This document shows, piece by piece, positions 1-8,524 of a stretch of 64,000 bases of DNA. The notes under the pieces are model-generated. The model was not told the DNA's origin and did no database searches. It was given only the letters and a program-made list of their open reading frames with translations. The position numbers and the translations under genes are program-made. This stretch comes from Planctomycetota bacterium. Lineage in GTDB: Bacteria > Planctomycetota > UBA8108 > SXIK01. Position 1 is the stretch's first letter. Every line of letters starts with the position of its first letter. The stretch spans positions 2,240,001 through 2,304,000 of the forward strand of contig CBDCXR010000004.1 in assembly GCA_965223845.1 (NCBI GenBank), given 5' to 3'.

Positions 1-452
1 TCAGCGTGGAATTGACGCAAGTACGGAGCGTAGTCCTCCTCGAAGCGAACGAGTTCCTCTTGCGAAACTTCCTCAGCACTCCCGACCTCGGTGAAGTGGT
101 GATCCACCATGAATCGAGCGTACTCGTCCTTCGATTCGAGCTTCGCAAAGTTCTCGGCCTCACGAGTGCGGTCGCCGTACAGCTCAACGATTCCCTCCTC
201 AATTCCTTGGTCGACCGCCAACTGGCTGCCGAAGAATTTTCCGCCGAGGATCGACAGGATCGCGAGCACGGCGCAAATGGAACCCGCGGTGGAACCGTGG
301 CTGCCGAAATAGTAGGAGCAGAAGCCGACCAGACCTCCAATCGCCCAGGCGACATAGCCCACCTCATAACCCGTAAAGTGGACGATCGCCGCCCAGATCA
401 GCGCGCCGACGACGCCTCCGATCAGCGCAGCGATCATCGAGGCTGGTTTCAT
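1..452 (-). CDS. hypothetical membrane protein, runs off the left edge (not in the ORF track)
   Basis: Manual translation from ATG at 452: MKPASMIAALIGGVVGALIWAAIVHFTGYEVGYVAWAIGGLVGFCSYYFGS..., about 3 Gly-rich TM segments then an acidic soluble region. AAGGAG RBS upstream; open to the window edge. Confidence 0.8.
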   Translation of the reverse strand, partial: MKPASMIAALIGGVVGALIWAAIVHFTGYEVGYVAWAIGGLVGFCSYYFGSHGSTAGSICAVLAILSILGGKFFGSQLAVDQGIEEGIVELYGDRTREAENFAKLESKDEYARFMVDHHFTEVGSAEEVSQEELVRFEEDYAPYLRQFHA

Positions 453-769
453 GTGTTCGTCTCCTTCGATCTCGCGAGGGGCCTCGCCAGCCGACCTATT
501 CCTATCCGAGTACGGGCAACGTTCTATCCGGGCACCAAACCGTGTTCAAGCGCGATCCCGATTCCGTCCCTCGACGAACATCGCCGGCGGCATTTCGCGA
601 CAGGAATCAGGACCGACGAATCGAAGTGTTCGGCGCGGTCCGACGCAGTGCGTTCGGTCCCGAGACTACGGAGCCTTGGATCTGTTCAAGCGAGAGCCCG
701 CACTTCTACAGCCGCTCTCGCGGACTTACTAGCGTCCAGTGAACCTCGCCACCGGACGACGCGATGGGT

Positions 770-3064
770 TTAGGCCGTCTCGCGGACGTCCGACTCCGTC
801 GCGGGCTGTTTCGCCGCGACGCCGAGGACGTAGGCGATGACCTCACGCGCGCACTCCTCGCAGTAGTGGTACTTCTCGCGCATGTTGCGGAGCGCGCGAT
901 CGACCTGCTCTTTCTCGGCGTCGGAGAGAGAGTCGAACTCCTCCGTTCCGTACTTGAGGATGTCCTCCTCGATGAGCGTCAGCAGACGGTTTCGCTCGCG
1001 GTAGAACTTCTCGCGCATCGCGGTCGCGATCTCGGGAAAGAGCGCGTGGTAGTCGAGCGTGTCCTCGGGATGATCGAGAGACCACGCGGCGATGCGCGTC
1101 ATGACGGTCGAGCGAAACTTCTCCTCGCCGTCGTCCAGCGTGAGAAGCGATTCGATGGAGGCCATCAGTTCCTCGTTCGGCTCGACCGCAGCGCCGGTCG
1201 CCGGGTTCTGCACTTTCTCGCCCGTGTGAAACGCTTTCACGTGGCGGAAGTAGTCGAAGAAGACGCGGTCGTATTCTTCTTCGTCGACGAGCTCGATCGA
1301 TTCGTAGACTTCGTCCGTCACCCACTGAAGGTACAGGCCGCGCACGGATTCGAGGAAGGCCGCGGGATCGTGATACCCTTCGTCGGGGGCGATGCGCAAA
1401 TAGTCGTAGACACCCGACTCTCGAATGAGCTCCTCGAGGGCGCTGAACACCGCCATGGGCGTGAGGCAGCTTCGCCGGCCACTCTCGGCCGCACGCGCGA
1501 GCACGGTCATCATCTCGCGCGGCGAAGCCCCCCGCCGTCCCTCGTACTCGAGACCGGGGATGCCTTCGAATTCGGCCTCGGCGCCTTCGAATTCCCGCCG
1601 GATCTCGATCACTCCGGCACGAAGGGCCTTCCGATCCTCTTCGCTCAAGCGGGAAGGAGTTTCGCCTCGGTCGTAGAGAAGCGCTTTCTCGAGCGGCGCG
1701 AGCGACGCGACGACGCCCTTCAACCGGCCGGAGTACGCGTCTGGATCCGGTCGCCGCAGACGCGTGAGCACCGCCCAGAGCGCGGCGACGGAGGCCGTGT
1801 GAGGTGTGACGTGCCGCTCTCCCGCGTAGAGATCGATCTGCTTCGCATAGAGCGCCGCCTCGACCGAGTACCGGAGGAGGTACGGCACCGGGATGAGCTC
1901 CATCCGTCCTTTGAAGCTCGAGAAGTCCGCGCTTTGCTTGAAGAGGTTGAGTTGCTTCTCGTTCGAAGTCCCGACGATGACGAGGTCGAGATACGCCATG
2001 CAGTTCGCGAGACTGACGGTCCCGCGCTCGCATGTCGTGAGGAGGTACTTGTTCGTCTCGAGCGGCCTCTTGAGGAAGTCGCTGTACTCGAGAATGCCCC
2101 GATTCGCATCGACGATGTCGCCGACCGGCTCGTAGAGCGTGAGGTTCCGAAGCACATTCGGAAGACTCCACGAGCTGTCGTGCTGCACGTGGCGTGCTCC
2201 CGCGTCGACGTTCCCCTGCGGCTCGATGCTCACGGCCCCGACGCGATACCGCTTCGAGACGAAGAACCGCTCGACTTGAACGTGTCGGACGACCCGCCGC
2301 CAATCGCCGTGGTACGCGACGAGAAGGGCGTCGTAGATCCGGCGGCACTTCTGGCAGAGCTCGCCGTCGAGGAAGAGATCGTACGGAAAGTTCGGACGCT
2401 GCTCGGGCGCGGCGTTCGCGACCGCGGCCTCGACGATCTCCTGCCGCACGGGCTTCGGGAGGAGGTAGAGAGGGGAATCCCGGAGCTCGCACTCTAGCTT
2501 CGCGCTGACGTCCTTTTCACCGAGATACGCGAAGGTCTCGAGGTCGCTCGCCGTCTCCGGGTCGGACTCGAACCCGATTCGCTCGAGACGGCTCTCGCCC
2601 TCCGGGAACACCCAATTGAATCTGAGGAGAACGCCGTCGTCCGTGTGCGAGTACGCCTCGAGCCCACGTACGAGACACTCGACGACCGTCGTTTTCCCGG
2701 ATCCATTCGGGCCGTGGAGAAGAAACATCTTCTCCGATTTTCCCCGCCGGGCGGCCGCGAGGAGATAACCGTAGAGTTCCTCCTGCACGCGCTCCTGGCC
2801 CGAAAGGCTGAGCGCCTCGGCGGATGCGTCGGAATCGAAGACCCGGTAGCGAACGGCCTCCTGCCCCACTCGGTGCGCCTCGCCGAATCCGAAGCTGTCG
2901 ATCATGTCGACGACGTACTGCGCGGCGGTGCGGAGATGAAGGCGCGGTCGTTCCGTCAAGTGATCGAGATACTCGGCGAACGACTGGACGTGCTCGCTCT
3001 TCTGGAAGCTCTCGTCGACTTGCTTCTGAATCCTCTCCAACCACCGATCGCGCTCTGATTGCAC
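770..3064 (-). CDS. prkA: PrkA/YeaG-family AAA+ ATPase (serine protein kinase PrkA)
   Basis: Walker A LLHGPNGSGKTT, DANRGILEYSDFLKRP, GTSNE, IPVPYLLR and GASPRE motifs, C-terminal YCEECA. Start re-picked to GTG 3064 (GAGG RBS); ORF track extends to TTG 3196. Confidence 0.85.
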   Translation of the reverse strand: MQSERDRWLERIQKQVDESFQKSEHVQSFAEYLDHLTERPRLHLRTAAQYVVDMIDSFGFGEAHRVGQEAVRYRVFDSDASAEALSLSGQERVQEELYGYLLAAARRGKSEKMFLLHGPNGSGKTTVVECLVRGLEAYSHTDDGVLLRFNWVFPEGESRLERIGFESDPETASDLETFAYLGEKDVSAKLECELRDSPLYLLPKPVRQEIVEAAVANAAPEQRPNFPYDLFLDGELCQKCRRIYDALLVAYHGDWRRVVRHVQVERFFVSKRYRVGAVSIEPQGNVDAGARHVQHDSSWSLPNVLRNLTLYEPVGDIVDANRGILEYSDFLKRPLETNKYLLTTCERGTVSLANCMAYLDLVIVGTSNEKQLNLFKQSADFSSFKGRMELIPVPYLLRYSVEAALYAKQIDLYAGERHVTPHTASVAALWAVLTRLRRPDPDAYSGRLKGVVASLAPLEKALLYDRGETPSRLSEEDRKALRAGVIEIRREFEGAEAEFEGIPGLEYEGRRGASPREMMTVLARAAESGRRSCLTPMAVFSALEELIRESGVYDYLRIAPDEGYHDPAAFLESVRGLYLQWVTDEVYESIELVDEEEYDRVFFDYFRHVKAFHTGEKVQNPATGAAVEPNEELMASIESLLTLDDGEEKFRSTVMTRIAAWSLDHPEDTLDYHALFPEIATAMREKFYRERNRLLTLIEEDILKYGTEEFDSLSDAEKEQVDRALRNMREKYHYCEECAREVIAYVLGVAAKQPATESDVRETA

Positions 3065-3244
3065 GGCATCCTCGTCGGTTCCGCTCGCCGCTCGTCGATC
3101 CCGCGCAGGCCGGTCGCGCGCGACTTCGCCGGTGCACGTTCCCCGCTCAGAGAGAACGCGCGAAGCCTCATCTCCCGCATCTCCTTCCTTCGACAATTCA
3201 TCTTACCGCTATGAACGGCAATCGACGGAGGCAGAGAGCCGCGG

Positions 3245-3260
3245 CGCGAAGCGCGCGCCA
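3245..3260 (-). promoter_or_regulatory. possible sigma54 -24/-12 promoter for prkA
   Basis: TGGCGCG-CGCT-TCGC gives GG-N10-GC spacing right after the activator stop codon. It has mismatches to the TGGCACG-N4-TTGC consensus and could arise by chance in GC-rich DNA. Confidence 0.25.
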
Positions 3261-5174
3261 TCAACGCTGGCCGGCATCCCGCTCGTAGAGGCGGAGTTTC
3301 TGATAAAGCGTTTCGCGCGAGATTCCGAGAACGCCCGCCGCCTGCGCCTTGTTGCCCTCGGTCTCTTCGAGGACGCGGAGAATGTACTGGCGCTCGACGT
3401 CCGCGAGCGACTTGAGACGGAAGACCATCTTGCCTCGTCCCCGCTTCCGCACGTGGGGCGGAAGATCGGACGGGGTGATGCGCTTGCCGTCGCCGAGGAT
3501 CACCGCCTGCTCGAGCACGTTCCGCAGCTCGCGCACATTTCCCGGCCAGTGGTAGTTCTTGAGGCAACCGCGCGCGGGCTTCGTGATCGTGATCGGCGAC
3601 GAACCCAAATCGAGAAAGTGCCTCGCGATTTCGAGAACGTCGTCGCCGCGTTCCCGGAGCGGTGGCACCGTGACGGTCACGACGGCCAGACGAAAATAGA
3701 GATCCTCGCGGAACGCACCCTCGTCCTTCGCACGCTCGAGATCTCGATTCGTGGCGGCGATCACTCGGATGTCGACCTCGATCTCCTTCTTTCCGCCGAC
3801 GCGATAGAACCGCCGTTCCTGGAGGGCGCGGAGCAGCTTCACTTGCATGTCGAGCGGCATGTCGCCGATTTCGTCGAGGAACAGCGTGCCCTTGTGCGCG
3901 AGATCGAACTTTCCCTGCGCGGCCTGATCCGCCCCGGTGAACGCACCTTTCTCGTGCCCGAAGAGCTCGCTCTCGACGAGGGTCGGTGGGATCGCCGCGC
4001 AGTTGACCGCGACGAACGGCTGCTCGCGCCGCGGGGAACGTTGGTGAATCGCCCGCGCGATGAGCTCCTTTCCCGTGCCGTTTTCGCCCGAGATCAGAAC
4101 CGATGCGTCCCTCGGCGCGACGCGATCGATCACCTCGAACACCTTCTTGATCGCCTCGCAGCTGCCGATGAGCTCGTCGCCTCCTCCGACGAGGCTTCGC
4201 AGCTTCTCGTTCTCGCGCTCGAGCCGCCGGTAGAAGCGTAGATTCTCGAGGCTCATGCCCGCCATGCGACCCACGGCGTTTACGAACTGAAGATCCCCTC
4301 GATCGAGCTGCGTCGAGCGCGCTCGGGTGTCGACGTAGAGGAGCCCGAGAAAGTCGTCGCGGTGCGTGATCGGCACGCAGATGAACGAGCGAATCTTGAG
4401 ATCGATCACGCTCTCTCCGAACTCTTCGCGAGCGGGGACATCGCGCACCAAGAGTGCCGTCCGCTCGCGCTGGACCCGGTGGAGAATGCTCTCGCTCATC
4501 TCGAGAACGCGCGCGTCCTTCCCTGCTTCCGGATCCCAGAATCGAACGACGGACAGGGCGTAGGGATCGAACTGTCGCCCCACGGGGACGAGCCCGAAGA
4601 ACCCACGTTCAGCACCGGTGTGACGCGTCGCCGAGGAGAGCACGACGTCGTAGAGCTCTTCTTCGTCCGCGACGCTGAAGAGCTGCTCGCTCAGTTCGTA
4701 GAGGCTGCTCAAGCGTTCGTTCGCGGCGGCGATCCCGTCGGCGGTGGCGGTCTCGGGCTGAAGGCTCGCCGTCGCGACGTCGAGGCTGATCGCGCCGAGC
4801 TCGGGCGCGAGCACGGAATCTTCGCTGCTCGGAACGACCCGCACCGGCGAGTTCTCGGCGGAGGGAATCTCGACGAGGAGCTCCGTTCGACCGAGCGTGA
4901 TGCGATCGCCGTGAACGACGCGCCGGAGGCCGACCACTTCTTCGGCGTTCACGCGCAGCGGGTTTTTCGCGCCGACGTCGTGGAGGACGAGATCCTTCCC
5001 GTCGAACTCCAGTTCGGCGTGGTGACGCGAGACGAGCGAGTCCTGAAGGATGAGGTGATTGTCCGGCCCGCGCCCGACCGTCCAGCGACCTTCATCGACG
5101 ACAAACACATCGCCTGTCGCAGCCCCTTCGGTCAGGACCCGGATCTGTGGGTTCGCTATCTCGGGTGGCTCCAT
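3261..5174 (-). CDS. sigma54-dependent enhancer-binding protein, FHA-GAF-AAA+-Fis HTH
   Basis: FHA (VGRGPDN..VSRHHA..KNPL), GAF ([15 protein letters not shown]), [36 protein letters not shown] and HTH ([21 protein letters not shown]). Start re-picked to ATG 5174. Confidence 0.93.
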   Translation of the reverse strand: MEPPEIANPQIRVLTEGAATGDVFVVDEGRWTVGRGPDNHLILQDSLVSRHHAELEFDGKDLVLHDVGAKNPLRVNAEEVVGLRRVVHGDRITLGRTELLVEIPSAENSPVRVVPSSEDSVLAPELGAISLDVATASLQPETATADGIAAANERLSSLYELSEQLFSVADEEELYDVVLSSATRHTGAERGFFGLVPVGRQFDPYALSVVRFWDPEAGKDARVLEMSESILHRVQRERTALLVRDVPAREEFGESVIDLKIRSFICVPITHRDDFLGLLYVDTRARSTQLDRGDLQFVNAVGRMAGMSLENLRFYRRLERENEKLRSLVGGGDELIGSCEAIKKVFEVIDRVAPRDASVLISGENGTGKELIARAIHQRSPRREQPFVAVNCAAIPPTLVESELFGHEKGAFTGADQAAQGKFDLAHKGTLFLDEIGDMPLDMQVKLLRALQERRFYRVGGKKEIEVDIRVIAATNRDLERAKDEGAFREDLYFRLAVVTVTVPPLRERGDDVLEIARHFLDLGSSPITITKPARGCLKNYHWPGNVRELRNVLEQAVILGDGKRITPSDLPPHVRKRGRGKMVFRLKSLADVERQYILRVLEETEGNKAQAAGVLGISRETLYQKLRLYERDAGQR

Positions 5175-5637
5175 CCGCCGACGCCGTCCTCCTCGGTCGC
5201 GCGGAACAGCCGGTTCTCTCCGCCGCCCGTCCGCCCACAACTCTTCACCCGCGTCCGATACGCCTCCCGACCGGCATCCGAGTCGGACGCACGCCCTACT
5301 CGAATCGGTCTGCGACGGACCGGCGACCTCGGTTCCGGCGTCGGTCGGCCGCGCGCTACGCTAACGATGACTGAATTCCGATTCTAACCGAGGGCGGGAG
5401 GGCGGGACAACCGGCGGATCGGTCGAGACGTCCCGGATTCGATCCCTAATCCTCAAAACGGGGGATAGTTATGACGCGGCGCGCCCCACTCACTCGGACC
5501 CAGCCCGGACGCTCCGACGTCCGCGTGTTAGGCTGAGGAGTAGGGAGATTCCGCGGAATCGCGCCCCGCGCGAAGGGCCCGGACACCGGGTTCGCCGCCG
5601 CCGGGGCCCCGTCCGTCTCTACACCCAAGAGGACGAT

Positions 5638-6969
5638 ATGTCGGAGATCGCAACGAACCCGCACCCCGCCCCCGAAGCCGTGCACGACCTGGTCCGGCGC
5701 CACCTGATCGGCGACGGATTCGAGATCGTGTTCGATCTCGAACGAAGCCACGGCTCCTGGATCCGTGACGCCGCGAGCGGACGAGAGTACCTCGACTTCT
5801 ACAGCTTCTTCGCCAGCCTCCCCCTCGGATTCCACCACCCCGCCCTCCACCGGCCCGAGAGCGAGGAACGACTCCTCAGTGCGTCTCTGCACAAGCCCTC
5901 GAATTCCGACGCTCACTCGCGCGAGCTCGCCGAGTTCGTCGAGTGCTTTGCGGCGCACGCGATGCCGAGCCCCTTCGAGCATCTCTTTTTCGTCGAAGGT
6001 GGTGCCCTCGCCGTCGAGAACGCACTCAAGACGGCGTTCGATTGGAAGGTGCGCAAGAATCTAGCTGCGGGGAGAGAGCCGCGCGGGAGCCGAGTGCTTC
6101 ATTTTCGCGATGCGTTCCACGGGCGGAGCGGATACACCCTCTCGCTGACGAACACGCTCCCGATCAAGACGGCCCACTTCCCGAAATTCGACTGGCCGCG
6201 GGTGCGCAATCCCGCACTCCGATTCCCGGTCGACGCGGCGGAGACCGAACGCGTCGCCGCGGAAGAGCGCGCCGCGCTCGAGGAGATCTCGGCTGCGTTT
6301 GCTTCGCACCCTGACGACATCGCGGCCATCATCATCGAGCCAGTCCAGGGAGAAGGCGGCGACCACCACTTTCGTCCCGAATTCTTCTCCGAGCTGCGCC
6401 GAATCGCAGACACCGAGGACGCGCTTCTCATCTTCGACGAGGTTCAGTCCGGATTCGGTCTCACCGGACGCTTCTGGGCGTACGAGCACGCCGGCGTGAC
6501 GCCCGACATCGTCGCGTTCGGAAAGAAGAGTCAGGTCTGCGGAATCATGGCCGGTCCGCGCGTCGACGACGTTCCCGACAACGTGTTCCGCTTGTCCTCG
6601 CGCATCAACTCGACGTGGGGGGGCGGCCTCGTCGACATGGTCCGCTGTCAGGTCGTCCTCGAGACGATCGTCGCGGAGGGGCTCGTCGAAAACGCCGCCG
6701 CCGTCGGTGAGATCCTCCTCGACTCGCTGCACGAGGTCGCGGCGGAGCACGCTCCGGTGACGAACGTCCGTGGGCTCGGCCTCATGTGCGCGTTCGACCT
6801 CCCCGATCCCGAGTCGCGCGAAAGAGTGCTCGCGGCAGCTCTGGCGGAGGGAGTGCTCATCCTTCCGTGCGGAAAGAGCTCTGTCCGCCTCCGCCCGGCG
6901 CTCACTCTCTCTGAAGACGAGGCCGTCGAGGGCGCACGCCGAATCGGACGAGCACTCGCGAGCGCGTAG
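5638..6969 (+). CDS. lat: L-lysine 6-transaminase (class III PLP aminotransferase)
   Basis: YLDFYSFFAS, HKPSNSD, GALAVENALKTAFDWK, IIIEPVQGEGGD, FDEVQSG, FGKKSQVCG and RINSTWGG are typical of Lat. Confidence 0.9.
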   Translation: MSEIATNPHPAPEAVHDLVRRHLIGDGFEIVFDLERSHGSWIRDAASGREYLDFYSFFASLPLGFHHPALHRPESEERLLSASLHKPSNSDAHSRELAEFVECFAAHAMPSPFEHLFFVEGGALAVENALKTAFDWKVRKNLAAGREPRGSRVLHFRDAFHGRSGYTLSLTNTLPIKTAHFPKFDWPRVRNPALRFPVDAAETERVAAEERAALEEISAAFASHPDDIAAIIIEPVQGEGGDHHFRPEFFSELRRIADTEDALLIFDEVQSGFGLTGRFWAYEHAGVTPDIVAFGKKSQVCGIMAGPRVDDVPDNVFRLSSRINSTWGGGLVDMVRCQVVLETIVAEGLVENAAAVGEILLDSLHEVAAEHAPVTNVRGLGLMCAFDLPDPESRERVLAAALAEGVLILPCGKSSVRLRPALTLSEDEAVEGARRIGRALASA

Positions 6970-7027
6970 CACGCGCGAAGCCGAGATTCAGCGCGAGACT
7001 CGGAACGTTTCGCGCTCCGAACCCGGG

Positions 7028-8503
7028 TTAGGCGATCAGATCGTGGACGACGCTCCCGTGGACGTCCGTCAGGCGAAAGTCCCGCCCGGCGTAGCGGTAC
7101 GTCAGCTTCTCGTGGTCGAATCCGAGCAGCCACAGGATCGTCGCCTGGAGATCGTGGACGTGGACCGGTTTCTCGACGGCGCGGAACCCGAATTCGTCCG
7201 TCGCGCCGTACGTGATTCCGCCGCGGACTCCGCCGCCGGCAAGCCACGTCGTGTAGCCCCAGTGGTTGTGGTCGCGCCCGTTGATCTTGCCGGCATTCGC
7301 CCCCTTCTGGGGCAGCTCGACTGTCGGCGTGCGACCGAACTCGCCACCCCAGATGACGAGAGTCTCGTCGAGGAGTCCCCGCTCCTTGAGATCGGACAAG
7401 AGCGCCCCGATCGCGCGATCGCACTCACCCGCGAGGCGGCGGTGGTTCACCTCGATGTCGTCGTGGTTGTCCCACGGCTGCCCCGCACCATGCCACACCT
7501 GCACGTAGCGGACGCCCCGCTCGACGAGACGACGCGCGATGAGGATCTGACGCGCCTGGACGCTGCTTCCGTACTGCTCTCGGACCGACTCCGGCTCCCG
7601 CTTCACGTCGAAGGCATCGCTCGCCTCGATCTGCATGCGATACGCGAGCTCGAAGCTCTGAATGCGCGCTTCGAGCTCGGCGTCGCGGCTCCGCTTCTCG
7701 AGGTGGCGGCGGTTGAGCTCCTGGACGAAATCGAGCTCGCGTCGCTGCTCCTCCGAGCTCAAATGTGAGTTGCGGATGTTCTCGATGAGCTTCTCGATCT
7801 CTGAATGACGCGTGTCGACGTGCGTTCCTTGGTAGATTCCCGGGAGGAACGCCGACTGCCAGTTCTGCGTTTCCTGAATCGGGTAGCCGCCGGGGCACAT
7901 CGCGACGAATCCCGGCAGATTCTGATTCTCCGTGCCGAGTCCGTACGTCACCCACGAGCCCATGCTCGGACGGATCAGCCGCGCGTCGCCGCAGTTGAGG
8001 AGCATGAGCGACGGCTCATGGTTCGGAACGTCGGCGTGCATCGAGCGAATGACCGCGATGTCATCGATCTGGGCCGCGACGTGCGGGAAGAGCTCCGAGA
8101 CCTCGATTCCGCTTCTTCCGTACCGCCGAAACTCGAAGGGCGATGGATACGCCGCGCCGGTCTTTCGCTCCGTCTTCAGGTTGAACGGAAGCTCCTTCCC
8201 GGCGTAGCGGGTGAGCATCGGCTTCGGGTCGAACGTGTCGACGTGCGAGGGCCCGCCGTTCATGAAGAGATGGATGACGTGCTTCGCTCGCGGGGCGAAG
8301 TGAGGCGCTTTCGGCGCCATGGGATTCGCAGGCGCTCCGGTCTTCGCCTCGACCTGTGAGGGAGCGAGCAAGCCCTCGGCCGCCATCAAGCTCGCGAGTC
8401 CGAAGGAGGCGAATCCCTGGCCGCACCGCGCGAGGAGCTCTCGCCGCGTGAGGAACGCGGCGGGCGGGGGAAGTCGGCTGCCGGCGGGCGAGTCGTGGTT
8501 CAT
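7028..8503 (-). CDS. DUF1501 domain protein (planctomycete sulfatase-like) with Tat signal
   Basis: TRRELL Tat-like motif, RAKHVIHLFMNGGPSHVDTFDPKP, ARRLVERGVRYVQ, WGGEFGRTP and GRDH. Confidence 0.9.
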   Translation of the reverse strand: MNHDSPAGSRLPPPAAFLTRRELLARCGQGFASFGLASLMAAEGLLAPSQVEAKTGAPANPMAPKAPHFAPRAKHVIHLFMNGGPSHVDTFDPKPMLTRYAGKELPFNLKTERKTGAAYPSPFEFRRYGRSGIEVSELFPHVAAQIDDIAVIRSMHADVPNHEPSLMLLNCGDARLIRPSMGSWVTYGLGTENQNLPGFVAMCPGGYPIQETQNWQSAFLPGIYQGTHVDTRHSEIEKLIENIRNSHLSSEEQRRELDFVQELNRRHLEKRSRDAELEARIQSFELAYRMQIEASDAFDVKREPESVREQYGSSVQARQILIARRLVERGVRYVQVWHGAGQPWDNHDDIEVNHRRLAGECDRAIGALLSDLKERGLLDETLVIWGGEFGRTPTVELPQKGANAGKINGRDHNHWGYTTWLAGGGVRGGITYGATDEFGFRAVEKPVHVHDLQATILWLLGFDHEKLTYRYAGRDFRLTDVHGSVVHDLIA

Positions 8504-8524
8504 GAAATCGGCCCGTCTGTCCTC

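Noticed and set aside
5410-5637. Possible lysine riboswitch upstream of lat
   Set aside because: GC-rich hairpins are present, but I could not find the ordered L-box motifs.
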